Virus record (IMG/VR): IMGVR_UViG_3300044712_000336
Location: 32,001 to 96,000 of that record
Origin: a virus
Strand: one strand, 5' to 3'
DNA length: 64,000 nt
Below are positions 27,017 through 36,492 of the stretch, piece by piece. The notes below the pieces were generated by a model, which made no database searches, was not told the origin of the DNA, and saw nothing but the letters and a program-made list of their open reading frames with translations. The position numbers were made by a program, and so were the translations under genes. The first letter of the stretch is position 1. The number at the start of each line of letters is the position of its first letter.

Positions 27017-28195
27017 ATGAATAGAATATCAGCACAAATTATAGCAGATTCTATATCACCACAAGGTGATAGGATTACTACTTATATATTAAAATTTCCA
27101 AGAATAATACTTGCAGAAGCTAAAACACATAGAATAATATCAGGATTACATGGTGATATAGAAATATTGGAAGATATTAGTTTAAATGGTTTTAGAGAAG
27201 GTAGTAAAAATTCAGCGAGTAGTAGAGCAATACCATTTGAAAAGATAGTTAAGATGGTAGAGGAAGAACCATTTATTCCTATAGCATGGCAAAAAGACCA
27301 TAAAGGTATGCAAGGAAGTAAATATTTTACTGATATAGATAAAGCAAGTGTAGTAGATGGACATTATCCTGATAGTTTAAGAGAGTTACAAAGAAATTGG
27401 TTAAAAGCTAGAGATGAAGCTATTAAACAAGCTAAAAAATTAAATTCTTTAGGATTAACTAAACAATTATGTAATAGATTACTTGAACCATATATGTACC
27501 ATACTGTACTTGTAACTGCTACAGAATGGAGTAATTTCTTTGATTTGAGATGTCCTAAATATATAGATCCATCTGGTAAATCGTTTAAAAGTAAGAAAGA
27601 TTATAGAAATAATTCTAAATGGTCTTGTTGTGAAGATAATGAAGATGATATTATAGGATGGTTAGAATGTAATAATTCACAAGCTGAAATACATATACAA
27701 GATTTAGCTGAAAAGATGTGGGATGCTTATAATGCAAGTAAACCTAAAGAATTAAAAGAAGATGAATGGCATATACCATTTGGTGATAAAATGGATTCTG
27801 ATCAAATTTACAAAGCTACTTATTATAGAGAAGGGATAAATAAACTTTCCATTAATAGAACTAAAATTAAGATAGCAACCGCGAGATGTGCCAGATTATC
27901 ATATATGACATTTGATGGTGATATTGATTATGAAAAAGATATTAGATTACATGATCAATTATTAGAGAATCATCATTATAGTTGCTTTGAACATTGTGCT
28001 CGTGTAATGACTGAAAAGGAATATGAATCTTTTTATAAAGGTAAATTACATCCTCGTACAATTACAACTTCTGGAACAGGAAGATTGAGTGCTGATGAAG
28101 ATTGGGAAGTCTTTGAAACAGGTGATGGTATAGGTTGGTGTAATAATTTCAAAGGATTTATTTCATATAGATATTTAATTGAAAATAAATTATGA
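27017..28195 (+). CDS. thyX: flavin-dependent thymidylate synthase (ThyX/Thy1)-like protein
   Basis: IADS, FPRIILAEAKTHR...NSASSRAIP, KQLCNRLLEPY, NFFDLR, QAEI, ARCARLSY, HYSCFEH. Confidence 0.85.
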   Translation: MNRISAQIIADSISPQGDRITTYILKFPRIILAEAKTHRIISGLHGDIEILEDISLNGFREGSKNSASSRAIPFEKIVKMVEEEPFIPIAWQKDHKGMQGSKYFTDIDKASVVDGHYPDSLRELQRNWLKARDEAIKQAKKLNSLGLTKQLCNRLLEPYMYHTVLVTATEWSNFFDLRCPKYIDPSGKSFKSKKDYRNNSKWSCCEDNEDDIIGWLECNNSQAEIHIQDLAEKMWDAYNASKPKELKEDEWHIPFGDKMDSDQIYKATYYREGINKLSINRTKIKIATARCARLSYMTFDGDIDYEKDIRLHDQLLENHHYSCFEHCARVMTEKEYESFYKGKLHPRTITTSGTGRLSADEDWEVFETGDGIGWCNNFKGFISYRYLIENKL

Positions 28196-28527
28196 TTAAA
28201 GAAGTAATACAAGGTAAGATTGATTTATTAATAGAATTTTTAGATTTATCACAAGGTACATTTGATAGTAGAAATTTTATTGAAGATAAAATATTAATAC
28301 TACAAGAACAACTACAACAAGCTAAATCTATTGAAAATATTAAACAAGAAGAGTATCAACGTGGATTTACAGATACTATGAATCAATATAAACAAGTTAT
28401 GTTAGATAATATGGAAAAAGCATTTGAAGCAGGCAGAGAAGAAGAATATACTACTAATTTAGGAAGTAGTGAACAATTAAAATATGAAACATTTGAAGAT
28501 TATTTAAAACGAAATGAAATTAAGTAA
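28192..28527 (+). CDS. hypothetical protein
   Basis: ORF track. Confidence 0.6.
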   Translation: MIKEVIQGKIDLLIEFLDLSQGTFDSRNFIEDKILILQEQLQQAKSIENIKQEEYQRGFTDTMNQYKQVMLDNMEKAFEAGREEEYTTNLGSSEQLKYETFEDYLKRNEIK

Positions 28528-28825
28528 AACTGAACAATTAATATTAAATAGTTTAGTAGTTAGTGAGGGAAAATCATGTCGTTTTCCTTCATTGATTACA
28601 GAAACATTTTATATTGATACAAAAGGTGCAGAATTATATAAATTAATTCAAAGAATTGAATTAGATATAAGACTATTAAGTAAAGAACAATATGGAGATA
28701 ATATAATACCACAAGTGTATAAACAATATAATATTAAATCATATAAAGGATTAATTAAATTCCTTAATACTTGTAGATATTTATTTATGAAATTATATCC
28801 AGAATTAGCAGAAGAAGTACATTAA
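28514..28825 (+). CDS. hypothetical protein
   Basis: ORF track. Confidence 0.6.
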   Translation: MKLSKTEQLILNSLVVSEGKSCRFPSLITETFYIDTKGAELYKLIQRIELDIRLLSKEQYGDNIIPQVYKQYNIKSYKGLIKFLNTCRYLFMKLYPELAEEVH

Positions 28826-28843
28826 TAATAAAAATAAATAACA

Positions 28844-29974
28844 ATGAAACTTAAAGAAAAACAAGAATTAGCAAAAAAGTTAAGTAATTTACATAACTAT
28901 ACATTAGAAGAAATAGTTAATTTAGTAAATACAGGAAAAGCCCCTAAATACTTACTTACTGATACAAGAAAAGTTAGTATTACTGGTATAAAGAAATTTG
29001 TAGATAAATATAGTTTTAATAAGAATATAACAGCTAAAGTGGAACCAACTGTTGTAAATAATTATAATGAGTATGTACTATTAATTGATAATAGTGGTAG
29101 TACTAATAGTATTGCTAAACAAATTGAAAATGGTGTAAACTCGTTTGTAACTAATTTAGCAAAACAAGATAAGGATGCTATGGTTAATTTAGTTAAGTTT
29201 AGTAGTGGTAATTATACACAAACAAGATTAACTAATGTCAATAATATTTATTCTTATCACCATAACGCTTGTGGTAGCACACCATTAACTAAAACAATAT
29301 ATGATTTCCTACAAAAAGGTAATATTAATACTACAATTGTAGTGTTTACTGACGGTGAATGTGATGAAGGAAGACATGGTTCAAATAGAATTAAAGATTT
29401 AGTATCTAACTATAAAGGAACAATTGTATTTATTGGAACAGGAGAACATTACGCTAAAAAAGCTGGTATTAAAGATGGTAATATCTTAACATTTGAAGCA
29501 TCTATATCAGGTACTATTAAAGCATATCAAGAATTAGTTGAAGCTAGTGTAGAACATACTAAAGGTATTAAAGAAGGTAAAGATATGAGTAAAGAAGACT
29601 TCTTCAAAACTAAAACGGAATTAGCCACTATGTTAAAGAAGAGTGCTAATATTGATATGACTGTTTGTTATGAAAAGAAGATGAGTAAAGAACAGAAAGA
29701 AAGTAATATTAAAGAAGCAAAAGAATATTTTGATAATATATCAAGACAGAGGTTGTATAGAATTTCTGATATAGATTATAATAAATTATTTAATATTATG
29801 AATAAAGTAGAAGAACGTGTATTATTTGGTAAACATGATGGAACAATTAACGAATTTGGTAGATATAAATTTATTGAATACAATAGTAAGACACCAAAAA
29901 ATCCACATCGAGAAGTTAATCCAGATACAATTCTTTGGATTGAAGTTAAAGGAAAACGTTACAATAAGAAATAA
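28844..29974 (+). CDS. von Willebrand factor A (vWA) domain protein
   Basis: LLIDNSGS MIDAS, GSTPL, IVVFTDGE, VFIG. Confidence 0.85.
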   Translation: MKLKEKQELAKKLSNLHNYTLEEIVNLVNTGKAPKYLLTDTRKVSITGIKKFVDKYSFNKNITAKVEPTVVNNYNEYVLLIDNSGSTNSIAKQIENGVNSFVTNLAKQDKDAMVNLVKFSSGNYTQTRLTNVNNIYSYHHNACGSTPLTKTIYDFLQKGNINTTIVVFTDGECDEGRHGSNRIKDLVSNYKGTIVFIGTGEHYAKKAGIKDGNILTFEASISGTIKAYQELVEASVEHTKGIKEGKDMSKEDFFKTKTELATMLKKSANIDMTVCYEKKMSKEQKESNIKEAKEYFDNISRQRLYRISDIDYNKLFNIMNKVEERVLFGKHDGTINEFGRYKFIEYNSKTPKNPHREVNPDTILWIEVKGKRYNKK

Positions 29975-29986
29975 TAAAGTATAAAA

Positions 29987-30298
29987 ATGGGTTGGGGAAC
30001 TTCTTTTACAATAGAAATATATCTAAGTAAAAAGATATATAATTCAAAAAGTGAATTAATTGACGAAATAGACCAATTAAAAGATTATATAAATACCAGT
30101 AAGGAAAGAATATTACAATATGCTTCAAGTAATATTAAAGATATATTACCAGAAGAATATAAAAATAATCCTTTAGAATGGGTACATTTAGAAGTTACTG
30201 ATATAATGTCTGATTTAATAGAAAATACAAAAGAGTTACAATTATTAACTTTATACTTAGAGGAATTTGATAATCTAAATAACATAAAGAATGAGTAA
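29987..30298 (+). CDS. hypothetical protein
   Basis: ORF track. Confidence 0.65.
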   Translation: MGWGTSFTIEIYLSKKIYNSKSELIDEIDQLKDYINTSKERILQYASSNIKDILPEEYKNNPLEWVHLEVTDIMSDLIENTKELQLLTLYLEEFDNLNNIKNE

Positions 30299-30848
30299 AA
30301 CAAAAGAAATGTTAGATGAGATACAGGAAAATGTAATGATTCCTATTGAAGATATTCCTATAGTAAAATATACAGAATTATTTGAAGATACATTATCATA
30401 TCGTAAACATCCAGGTGATGCTTGTGATGATATTAAATGTAATTGTGATATTAAATTAGAAGGTGATAATATCATATACATATTACACTTCGGTACTGAA
30501 ATACCTAAAGGATATTCCATTAGGTTACATCCAAGAAGTAGTGTTAGAGATTATGATTTAATACTAACTAATTGTGAAGGGGTAATTGATGCTGAATATA
30601 GGGATAGTTATCAAGTATCATTTAAGATATATACAAATGATATATTCAAATTAATTAAACTTAAATTGTTAAAATTAACTAATAGATGGACTATTAATAA
30701 TATATCGAAGGTTATTAAGATATATGATATTGGTGAACGTATAATTCAAGCAGAGTTAGTTAAGAATTTACAGTTTAAATGGGTATTAGTTGATGAACTT
30801 GATATGACTAATGATAGAGGTGGTGGTCATGGAAGTACAGGAAAATAA
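30291..30848 (+). CDS. dut: trimeric dUTPase
   Basis: GDACDD, PRSS, GVIDAEYR, GERIIQ, RGGGHGSTG motifs. Confidence 0.9.
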   Translation: MSKTKEMLDEIQENVMIPIEDIPIVKYTELFEDTLSYRKHPGDACDDIKCNCDIKLEGDNIIYILHFGTEIPKGYSIRLHPRSSVRDYDLILTNCEGVIDAEYRDSYQVSFKIYTNDIFKLIKLKLLKLTNRWTINNISKVIKIYDIGERIIQAELVKNLQFKWVLVDELDMTNDRGGGHGSTGK

Positions 30849-30857
30849 ATTAATTAT

Positions 30858-31556
30858 ATGAGTAAACATTGCCCAATAATGCAAAGAATGAAATCTAACT
30901 ATGAAGATAGATATAGATTTCATTTAACAAGAAGAACACCAATAATTATAAGATTAGATGGTAAAGCATTTCATACTTATACTAAAAATCTAAATAAACC
31001 ATTTGATATAGGTTTAATTGAGGATATGCAGAATACTACTAAATTTTTATGTGAAAATATACAAGGTACAAAAATAGGTTATACTCAATCTGATGAAATA
31101 AGTATATTAATAACTGATTATGATACTATAGATACAGCAGCGTGGTTTGATTATAACGTACAAAAAATATGTAGTATTAGTAGTAGTTTAGCTACTGCTT
31201 ACTTTAATCAATTAAGGAGAGAAAGAGAAATATATAAATTAGCTTATTTTGATAGTAGAGTATTTAATATTCCAAGAGAAGAAGTATCAAATTATTTTTT
31301 AGCCAGACAAAAAGATGCTGTAAGAAATAGTATATCAATGTTGGCTCAATCATTATATTCACATAAACAATTAGAATATAAGAATATTAATGATATGCAG
31401 GAAATGTGTTTTCAAAAAGGATATAATTGGAATGATTTGGAATATTATAAAAAAAGAGGTAGTACTATTATTAAAAATAATGAATGGATTAATATAGAAA
31501 CACCATTGATATTTACACATGAGTATTTTGAACAATTTGTAAATATTTATATATAA
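30858..31556 (+). CDS. thg1: tRNA(His) guanylyltransferase Thg1-like protein (3'-5' polymerase)
   Basis: IIRLDGKAFHTYT, KPFD, YTQSDEIS, QKICS, FDSR, YFLARQKDAVRNS. Confidence 0.92.
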   Translation: MSKHCPIMQRMKSNYEDRYRFHLTRRTPIIIRLDGKAFHTYTKNLNKPFDIGLIEDMQNTTKFLCENIQGTKIGYTQSDEISILITDYDTIDTAAWFDYNVQKICSISSSLATAYFNQLRREREIYKLAYFDSRVFNIPREEVSNYFLARQKDAVRNSISMLAQSLYSHKQLEYKNINDMQEMCFQKGYNWNDLEYYKKRGSTIIKNNEWINIETPLIFTHEYFEQFVNIYI

Positions 31557-31747
31557 TGCCAAAAAAACAACCAAAGTGGATAGAAGATGAAGTAAATACT
31601 TCTAAATCTAATAATATATTATATATGTTATGTAGATGTGGTGAAATGGTACGTATGTATATTAGTGATAAATTTGGATCATGTCATAATTGTGGAAATG
31701 ATGTACCAAATGATGAGTATAAAGAAAGAATTAGTTACGAAGAATAA
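31556..31747 (+). CDS. small zinc-ribbon protein
   Basis: CRCG...CHNCG. Confidence 0.6.
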   Translation: MPKKQPKWIEDEVNTSKSNNILYMLCRCGEMVRMYISDKFGSCHNCGNDVPNDEYKERISYEE

Positions 31748-31769
31748 ATAATAATTAAATTAAATTAAA

Positions 31770-31985
31770 ATGGATAAAATATTTGAAGGTATTAGTACAA
31801 TATTAGCTTTTATATTGGTCATAATAATATTAGGATTACTATTAGGTTTTCCTATAATGTGGATGTGGAATTATATAATGCCTGCTTTATTTGGGCTTAA
31901 ATGTATAAACTTTTATCAAGCATTAGTACTATATGGTTTAACCAGTATTCTATTTAAAGACGGTATGTCTTCAAAAAAAGAATAA
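31770..31985 (+). CDS. small membrane protein
   Basis: Hydrophobic; WMWNYIMPALFGL..INFYQAL. Confidence 0.7.
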   Translation: MDKIFEGISTILAFILVIIILGLLLGFPIMWMWNYIMPALFGLKCINFYQALVLYGLTSILFKDGMSSKKE

Positions 31986-31990
31986 ACAAT

Positions 31991-32045
31991 AAATCCTCAC
32001 TCAGTCAGCCATTACGGTTGATTTGAGTGAGGATTTTTCTTTTTT
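31991..32045. terminator. terminator at the convergence of the two genome arms (possibly bidirectional)
   Basis: AAATCCTCACTCA..TCAGCC/GGTTGA..TGAGTGAGGATTT long stem with T-run on + strand. Confidence 0.85.
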
Positions 32046-32170
32046 CAATACTATATTCCATTATCAAAATAATTGCTTAATATCAAAGATAAATGATAAT
32101 AAACAATATATCAGATAAGATGTTCAGTGTCAATGAACAGTAATAATTACTGAACTTAACATAATAAACC

Positions 32171-35100
32171 TTATTTCAAAGTTTTGAATGGATTATCACT
32201 AAATAAAGTTTTATCTGATTGAGCATCTTTATACCATTGATTAACCATTGCAGGATATACAAATATATCTAATACTTTTGATTGATATGGTATATTACCT
32301 TTTTCATTACGTAATTCATTCATACCTAGTCCTGCACCCATAACATGAGTTACATATCCAGCAGTATTAGTAATTGCTTTAGATAATTTAGTTACTACAA
32401 CAGGACTCATTGCTGTTTCTAATGTTCTTGCCATATCACTAACATTCCATATTTGAGATGGATTATCTATAGCATATTGTCGCCACCACTTCTTCATAGT
32501 ATCATCATCTGGTTCATCATCATATTTCCATTTCCATAATAATATAAAAGATAAATACATTGCAAAGTTAATACCTAATTCTAATATATTCTTCTTTTGA
32601 TCATTTGTTAATTTTTTCCATTCATGTGATTGTGTATATCTTCCAAGTGAAGCATAAAATACAAATAATTTCCTTAATGTAGTTATTCTACCTTCAGCAG
32701 TTCTAGCTTTCCACTCTAACACTGGTTCTTTTATACCACTAACAGTTCTTACTTTTAATTGATTAAGTTCAGTTTGTATATCTTCATAAGTATAACCATA
32801 ATACCCTAATTCTTCTTTATACCTTAATCCACCAAATTGTCTTCTCAACATTACAGGAAGCCATTTCTTTAAACTCATCATTAGTTCCCCAATAACAGTA
32901 GAACCAAATACACTTACTTCATCCATTCTGTAAGCACCTTGCATACCTTTATATACTTCTTTTAACCTTCTTATTTCTCTTGATGATAGTTCATTAATAG
33001 GTTCATAAGTATTTGGTGCAATTTCTATCACACCTCTAGTACTACCTGACCAATTTACATTACCTTTACCATCAGTAGTATAACTATCATATATAGATTT
33101 AGATTCACCTACTTTTGGTTTAAATAATGATTTACCATATTTTTGTATATCTTCTTCAGTATATTTATCTTTAGTATGTTTCATACCATGTAATTGTGCT
33201 GCTAATACTATATATGACATAGCATCATCTGGTAATGATTGAAATATATATGCCCAATTATTAACATCCCATAATTTATTACGAACAGATACTTGCATAT
33301 CATAAGGAACAGTAAAATTATAATCTTCTGGTAAGTACCTCATATCTCTAGCAAGTAACCATAACTTATTATTAGTATGTGTACCTTTCATATAATCACC
33401 TACAAGTTTTCTATATTCATTAATACCAAATTGTAAATCTGTTGTAGTAAAATCAATTTCATTACCAGTTATTCCTGCAAATGCACGTTTAGCAATACTA
33501 TCTTTAATAGCATTTTGATATGTTATTAATGAACTGTGCATTGCATTACCTATACCTTGTTTAAATCTACCTGCCATCATAGACCTAGTTGACCATGATT
33601 GTAAACCTTTCAATACTTTTAACCAATCTATCTTATATACTCTACTACTACCAAATGATACTTTATTTTCCTTTAATAACTTCTCATTTGTTAATTCTTC
33701 TATCTTTAATCCAGTTAATTCATAAGGTACAGTTCTACGTAAATATTCTAATTCATTCTTTAATATAGGATTATTACTTTGATGTTGTGCCATTTCAACT
33801 ACAGATTTTAATCCTTTACTAAGAATATATATATTATCCATTTGTTTTTTCCACTCAATATTCTTAACAAATGCGTTAAAAGCTAATCCTAAGTTATCAC
33901 TATAAAGAAATTGTTCGTCCATTCTTGAATTACCTAAATACTTCAATGGTAAACCACTTCCAAGATTATCATAATCTTCATAATTATAATCTAAATATCT
34001 TGTAAATCTTCTATTAAACCATTCTTTAAAGTTTATAAATGGATATGCTGCCCAACCTATAATATTATTTAATACACCTGTTCCTTCACCGCCTAATATT
34101 TTATGTCCTGTTTTATACTCTAATTCCTCTGGTTGTTCCCATATCTTTGGAAACCATCCTTCATAGTATTCAAAATGTCGTCCAGAATCTTTGTCATTAT
34201 ATTTTTGTAGTAATGTTTTATCTTTAGATTCATCACCATCTATATTAGATTGATATGGTTGATTTAAGTATGCTATATTATCACCTCTATCTTTAAAATA
34301 ATATGATGATAAATAATTTGCTTCAATAATCCAATCTTTCTTAGTCTGTGTCATTTTAGAACTATTCCATACAGGAACATCTTCATTCTTTACATAATAA
34401 TTACCTATTAAAGTATAATTATCTTTATTCTTAGATTCCATAATTTTATCATCACTCTTATATGCAACTATTAACCTCTTTCTGTTATCAACAGCACTTC
34501 CACCTACTTTTTCCTTTACAGTAGCAAAATCATATAATCCTTTTCCATTATGAGTACTGTAAACTAAATTTTTTAGTATTCTACCTACAGGAACATTATT
34601 CTCTTTACCCCATTCTTTTTGAAGTTTATTCCCAAGTTCTTGAAATTTAGACATCCTAAGTCTATATAATTTATCTGCTCGATTACCATTCTCATCTTTA
34701 TATACTTGAAATGCTTTTAATTCTGGTAACTCAAATTCCTGCAATGATGCAAAATATCCTTCCCAACTTCCTAACATCTTAGATTCATCTAATCTTGACA
34801 TTAAGAACTCTTGTTCATCTACTATACGTTTTTGTATATCTAACTTCTGTCCAGTTAGTAACAATAGTTTTGTTGTAATATCACGTGATTGTCTATTTAA
34901 TGCAGGAACAAGTTTACCATCTTTATGATATGGATCATTTTTAATATCATTTAACTTATCTTGTATTCCTGCAAGTTGTTTTATATATTTATCTTTTAAA
35001 TAATCAGTAGTATGTTCTGTATCCATTGAATTAGTCATAGTATCTTGTATATCTTTCTCTAATGAATCAGCAGTTAATCCTCTAGTATAATCTAATGGAT

Positions 35101-36424
35101 TAAATATATTTGGTGATTTCTTTTTTAATTCCTGTACAACATTACTAGGTATTTGTACTTCTGTACCTTTTTGTAATTCTGCTATAAAATTCTTATCATT
35201 AAATGCAGATTCAATCAATTCAAGAAATGCTGCTACATTATGATTACGTGCATCTTTATTATTACGTAACATTGCATGGTAACTATTAATTAATCCTACA
35301 TAACTATCTCTTATCAACAATGTAGGATCATTATATTTAGCCATTACCATATATAGTGTTAATTGTAATTTTGCTTTATTTAGTTGTGTAGCTTCAATTA
35401 CACCATTCTTAGTTTTACCATATTTAAGTATAGCATTTGATAAACTTTCATCACTTTCATTAGCAATAATACGACCAGATTTTAATTCTACAAATGTAGA
35501 TGTTCCATCATTATGTCTTGCTATTAAGTCAGTATGTCCGCCTATACCTAATATATCTATTGCTAAAGGAACTTCAAATTGTAAATCATCAGATATACCT
35601 TCTTCATATTTACCAGTTGTAGCACTAATGCCCATATTTGATAACATCACAGTTGTAGTATATCTACCTGTTCCATCATTAGATTTAAACTCTAAATGTT
35701 GCATACGTTTGGTAGTTTTAGTATCTATACCTTCTAGTATAATTTTATTTGTTTCAATAGATTCTTCTTTTATTCCTTCATTAACCATATCTACATTACC
35801 TATCCATTTACCATATATTTGTTTTAATATTGGTGTAACTACTCTACCATCTATTTGTGATAATCTCTTTCTATTTTGATTTACTTTAATATACTCTTCC
35901 TTATTTTTATAACTATCATATTGCTTTAATAATGTATTATATACATCTTTAGGATCTTCTGGTTTTAATCCCTCCCACTCTTTATCCGCTTTCTTCTGTA
36001 AATCAAATTTCTCATAGTCAGGTGTTAATGATTCAACTACTGAAGATATACGATTAATTTTCTTTCCATTTAAGTTATGATAAGGTAATTCATTTCCTTT
36101 ATCATCTAACTCATAAGTTAATTCTTGTTTATATATATTCTCACTACCTGTAAATGATTGTGTAGTTTCAGTAATTGTAGGTGAAGTAAATATATTATTA
36201 TAAGCTTGAAGTAATTTAATTGTTACTTCATTATTCTCATCTCTAGCTTTTTCACCTTGATATATCTCTTTACCTTGTACCCATTCTTTAAAAGATAATC
36301 TTTCAGTTTTAATATAATCTTTGAAAGCATTATCTTCATTTCCATTATGGAACTCTGTTAAATCTTTGTATAGAATACTAGGTTTACCATTAGGTGCTTT
36401 AACATCTTTAATTTGACAAATCAT
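32171..36424 (-). CDS. large virion cargo protein with PD-(D/E)xK nuclease-like domain
   Basis: N-terminal APNGKPSILY; FEVPL..GGHTDLI..FVELKSG..QLTLY; C-terminal hydrophobic helix; downstream of vRNAP. Confidence 0.7.
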   Translation of the reverse strand: MICQIKDVKAPNGKPSILYKDLTEFHNGNEDNAFKDYIKTERLSFKEWVQGKEIYQGEKARDENNEVTIKLLQAYNNIFTSPTITETTQSFTGSENIYKQELTYELDDKGNELPYHNLNGKKINRISSVVESLTPDYEKFDLQKKADKEWEGLKPEDPKDVYNTLLKQYDSYKNKEEYIKVNQNRKRLSQIDGRVVTPILKQIYGKWIGNVDMVNEGIKEESIETNKIILEGIDTKTTKRMQHLEFKSNDGTGRYTTTVMLSNMGISATTGKYEEGISDDLQFEVPLAIDILGIGGHTDLIARHNDGTSTFVELKSGRIIANESDESLSNAILKYGKTKNGVIEATQLNKAKLQLTLYMVMAKYNDPTLLIRDSYVGLINSYHAMLRNNKDARNHNVAAFLELIESAFNDKNFIAELQKGTEVQIPSNVVQELKKKSPNIFNPLDYTRGLTADSLEKDIQDTMTNSMDTEHTTDYLKDKYIKQLAGIQDKLNDIKNDPYHKDGKLVPALNRQSRDITTKLLLLTGQKLDIQKRIVDEQEFLMSRLDESKMLGSWEGYFASLQEFELPELKAFQVYKDENGNRADKLYRLRMSKFQELGNKLQKEWGKENNVPVGRILKNLVYSTHNGKGLYDFATVKEKVGGSAVDNRKRLIVAYKSDDKIMESKNKDNYTLIGNYYVKNEDVPVWNSSKMTQTKKDWIIEANYLSSYYFKDRGDNIAYLNQPYQSNIDGDESKDKTLLQKYNDKDSGRHFEYYEGWFPKIWEQPEELEYKTGHKILGGEGTGVLNNIIGWAAYPFINFKEWFNRRFTRYLDYNYEDYDNLGSGLPLKYLGNSRMDEQFLYSDNLGLAFNAFVKNIEWKKQMDNIYILSKGLKSVVEMAQHQSNNPILKNELEYLRRTVPYELTGLKIEELTNEKLLKENKVSFGSSRVYKIDWLKVLKGLQSWSTRSMMAGRFKQGIGNAMHSSLITYQNAIKDSIAKRAFAGITGNEIDFTTTDLQFGINEYRKLVGDYMKGTHTNNKLWLLARDMRYLPEDYNFTVPYDMQVSVRNKLWDVNNWAYIFQSLPDDAMSYIVLAAQLHGMKHTKDKYTEEDIQKYGKSLFKPKVGESKSIYDSYTTDGKGNVNWSGSTRGVIEIAPNTYEPINELSSREIRRLKEVYKGMQGAYRMDEVSVFGSTVIGELMMSLKKWLPVMLRRQFGGLRYKEELGYYGYTYEDIQTELNQLKVRTVSGIKEPVLEWKARTAEGRITTLRKLFVFYASLGRYTQSHEWKKLTNDQKKNILELGINFAMYLSFILLWKWKYDDEPDDDTMKKWWRQYAIDNPSQIWNVSDMARTLETAMSPVVVTKLSKAITNTAGYVTHVMGAGLGMNELRNEKGNIPYQSKVLDIFVYPAMVNQWYKDAQSDKTLFSDNPFKTLK

Positions 36425-36439
36425 GTATGTTTTAATTTA

Positions 36440-36479
36440 AACCCTACTATCTTTCCTTTATTGGATTGATAGTAGGGTT
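36440..36479. terminator. intergenic stem-loop (terminator or processing site)
   Basis: AACCCTACTATC / GATAGTAGGGTT perfect 12-bp inverted repeat; weak U-tract on the coding strand. Confidence 0.55.
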
Positions 36480-36492
36480 ATTGTTTTTAATA

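Noticed and set aside
32110-32160. Alternative small hairpins (TGTTCA/TGAACA, CAGTAAT/ATTACTG) downstream of the 1417-aa gene
   Set aside because: Short AT-rich stems with no supporting context; plausible by chance.
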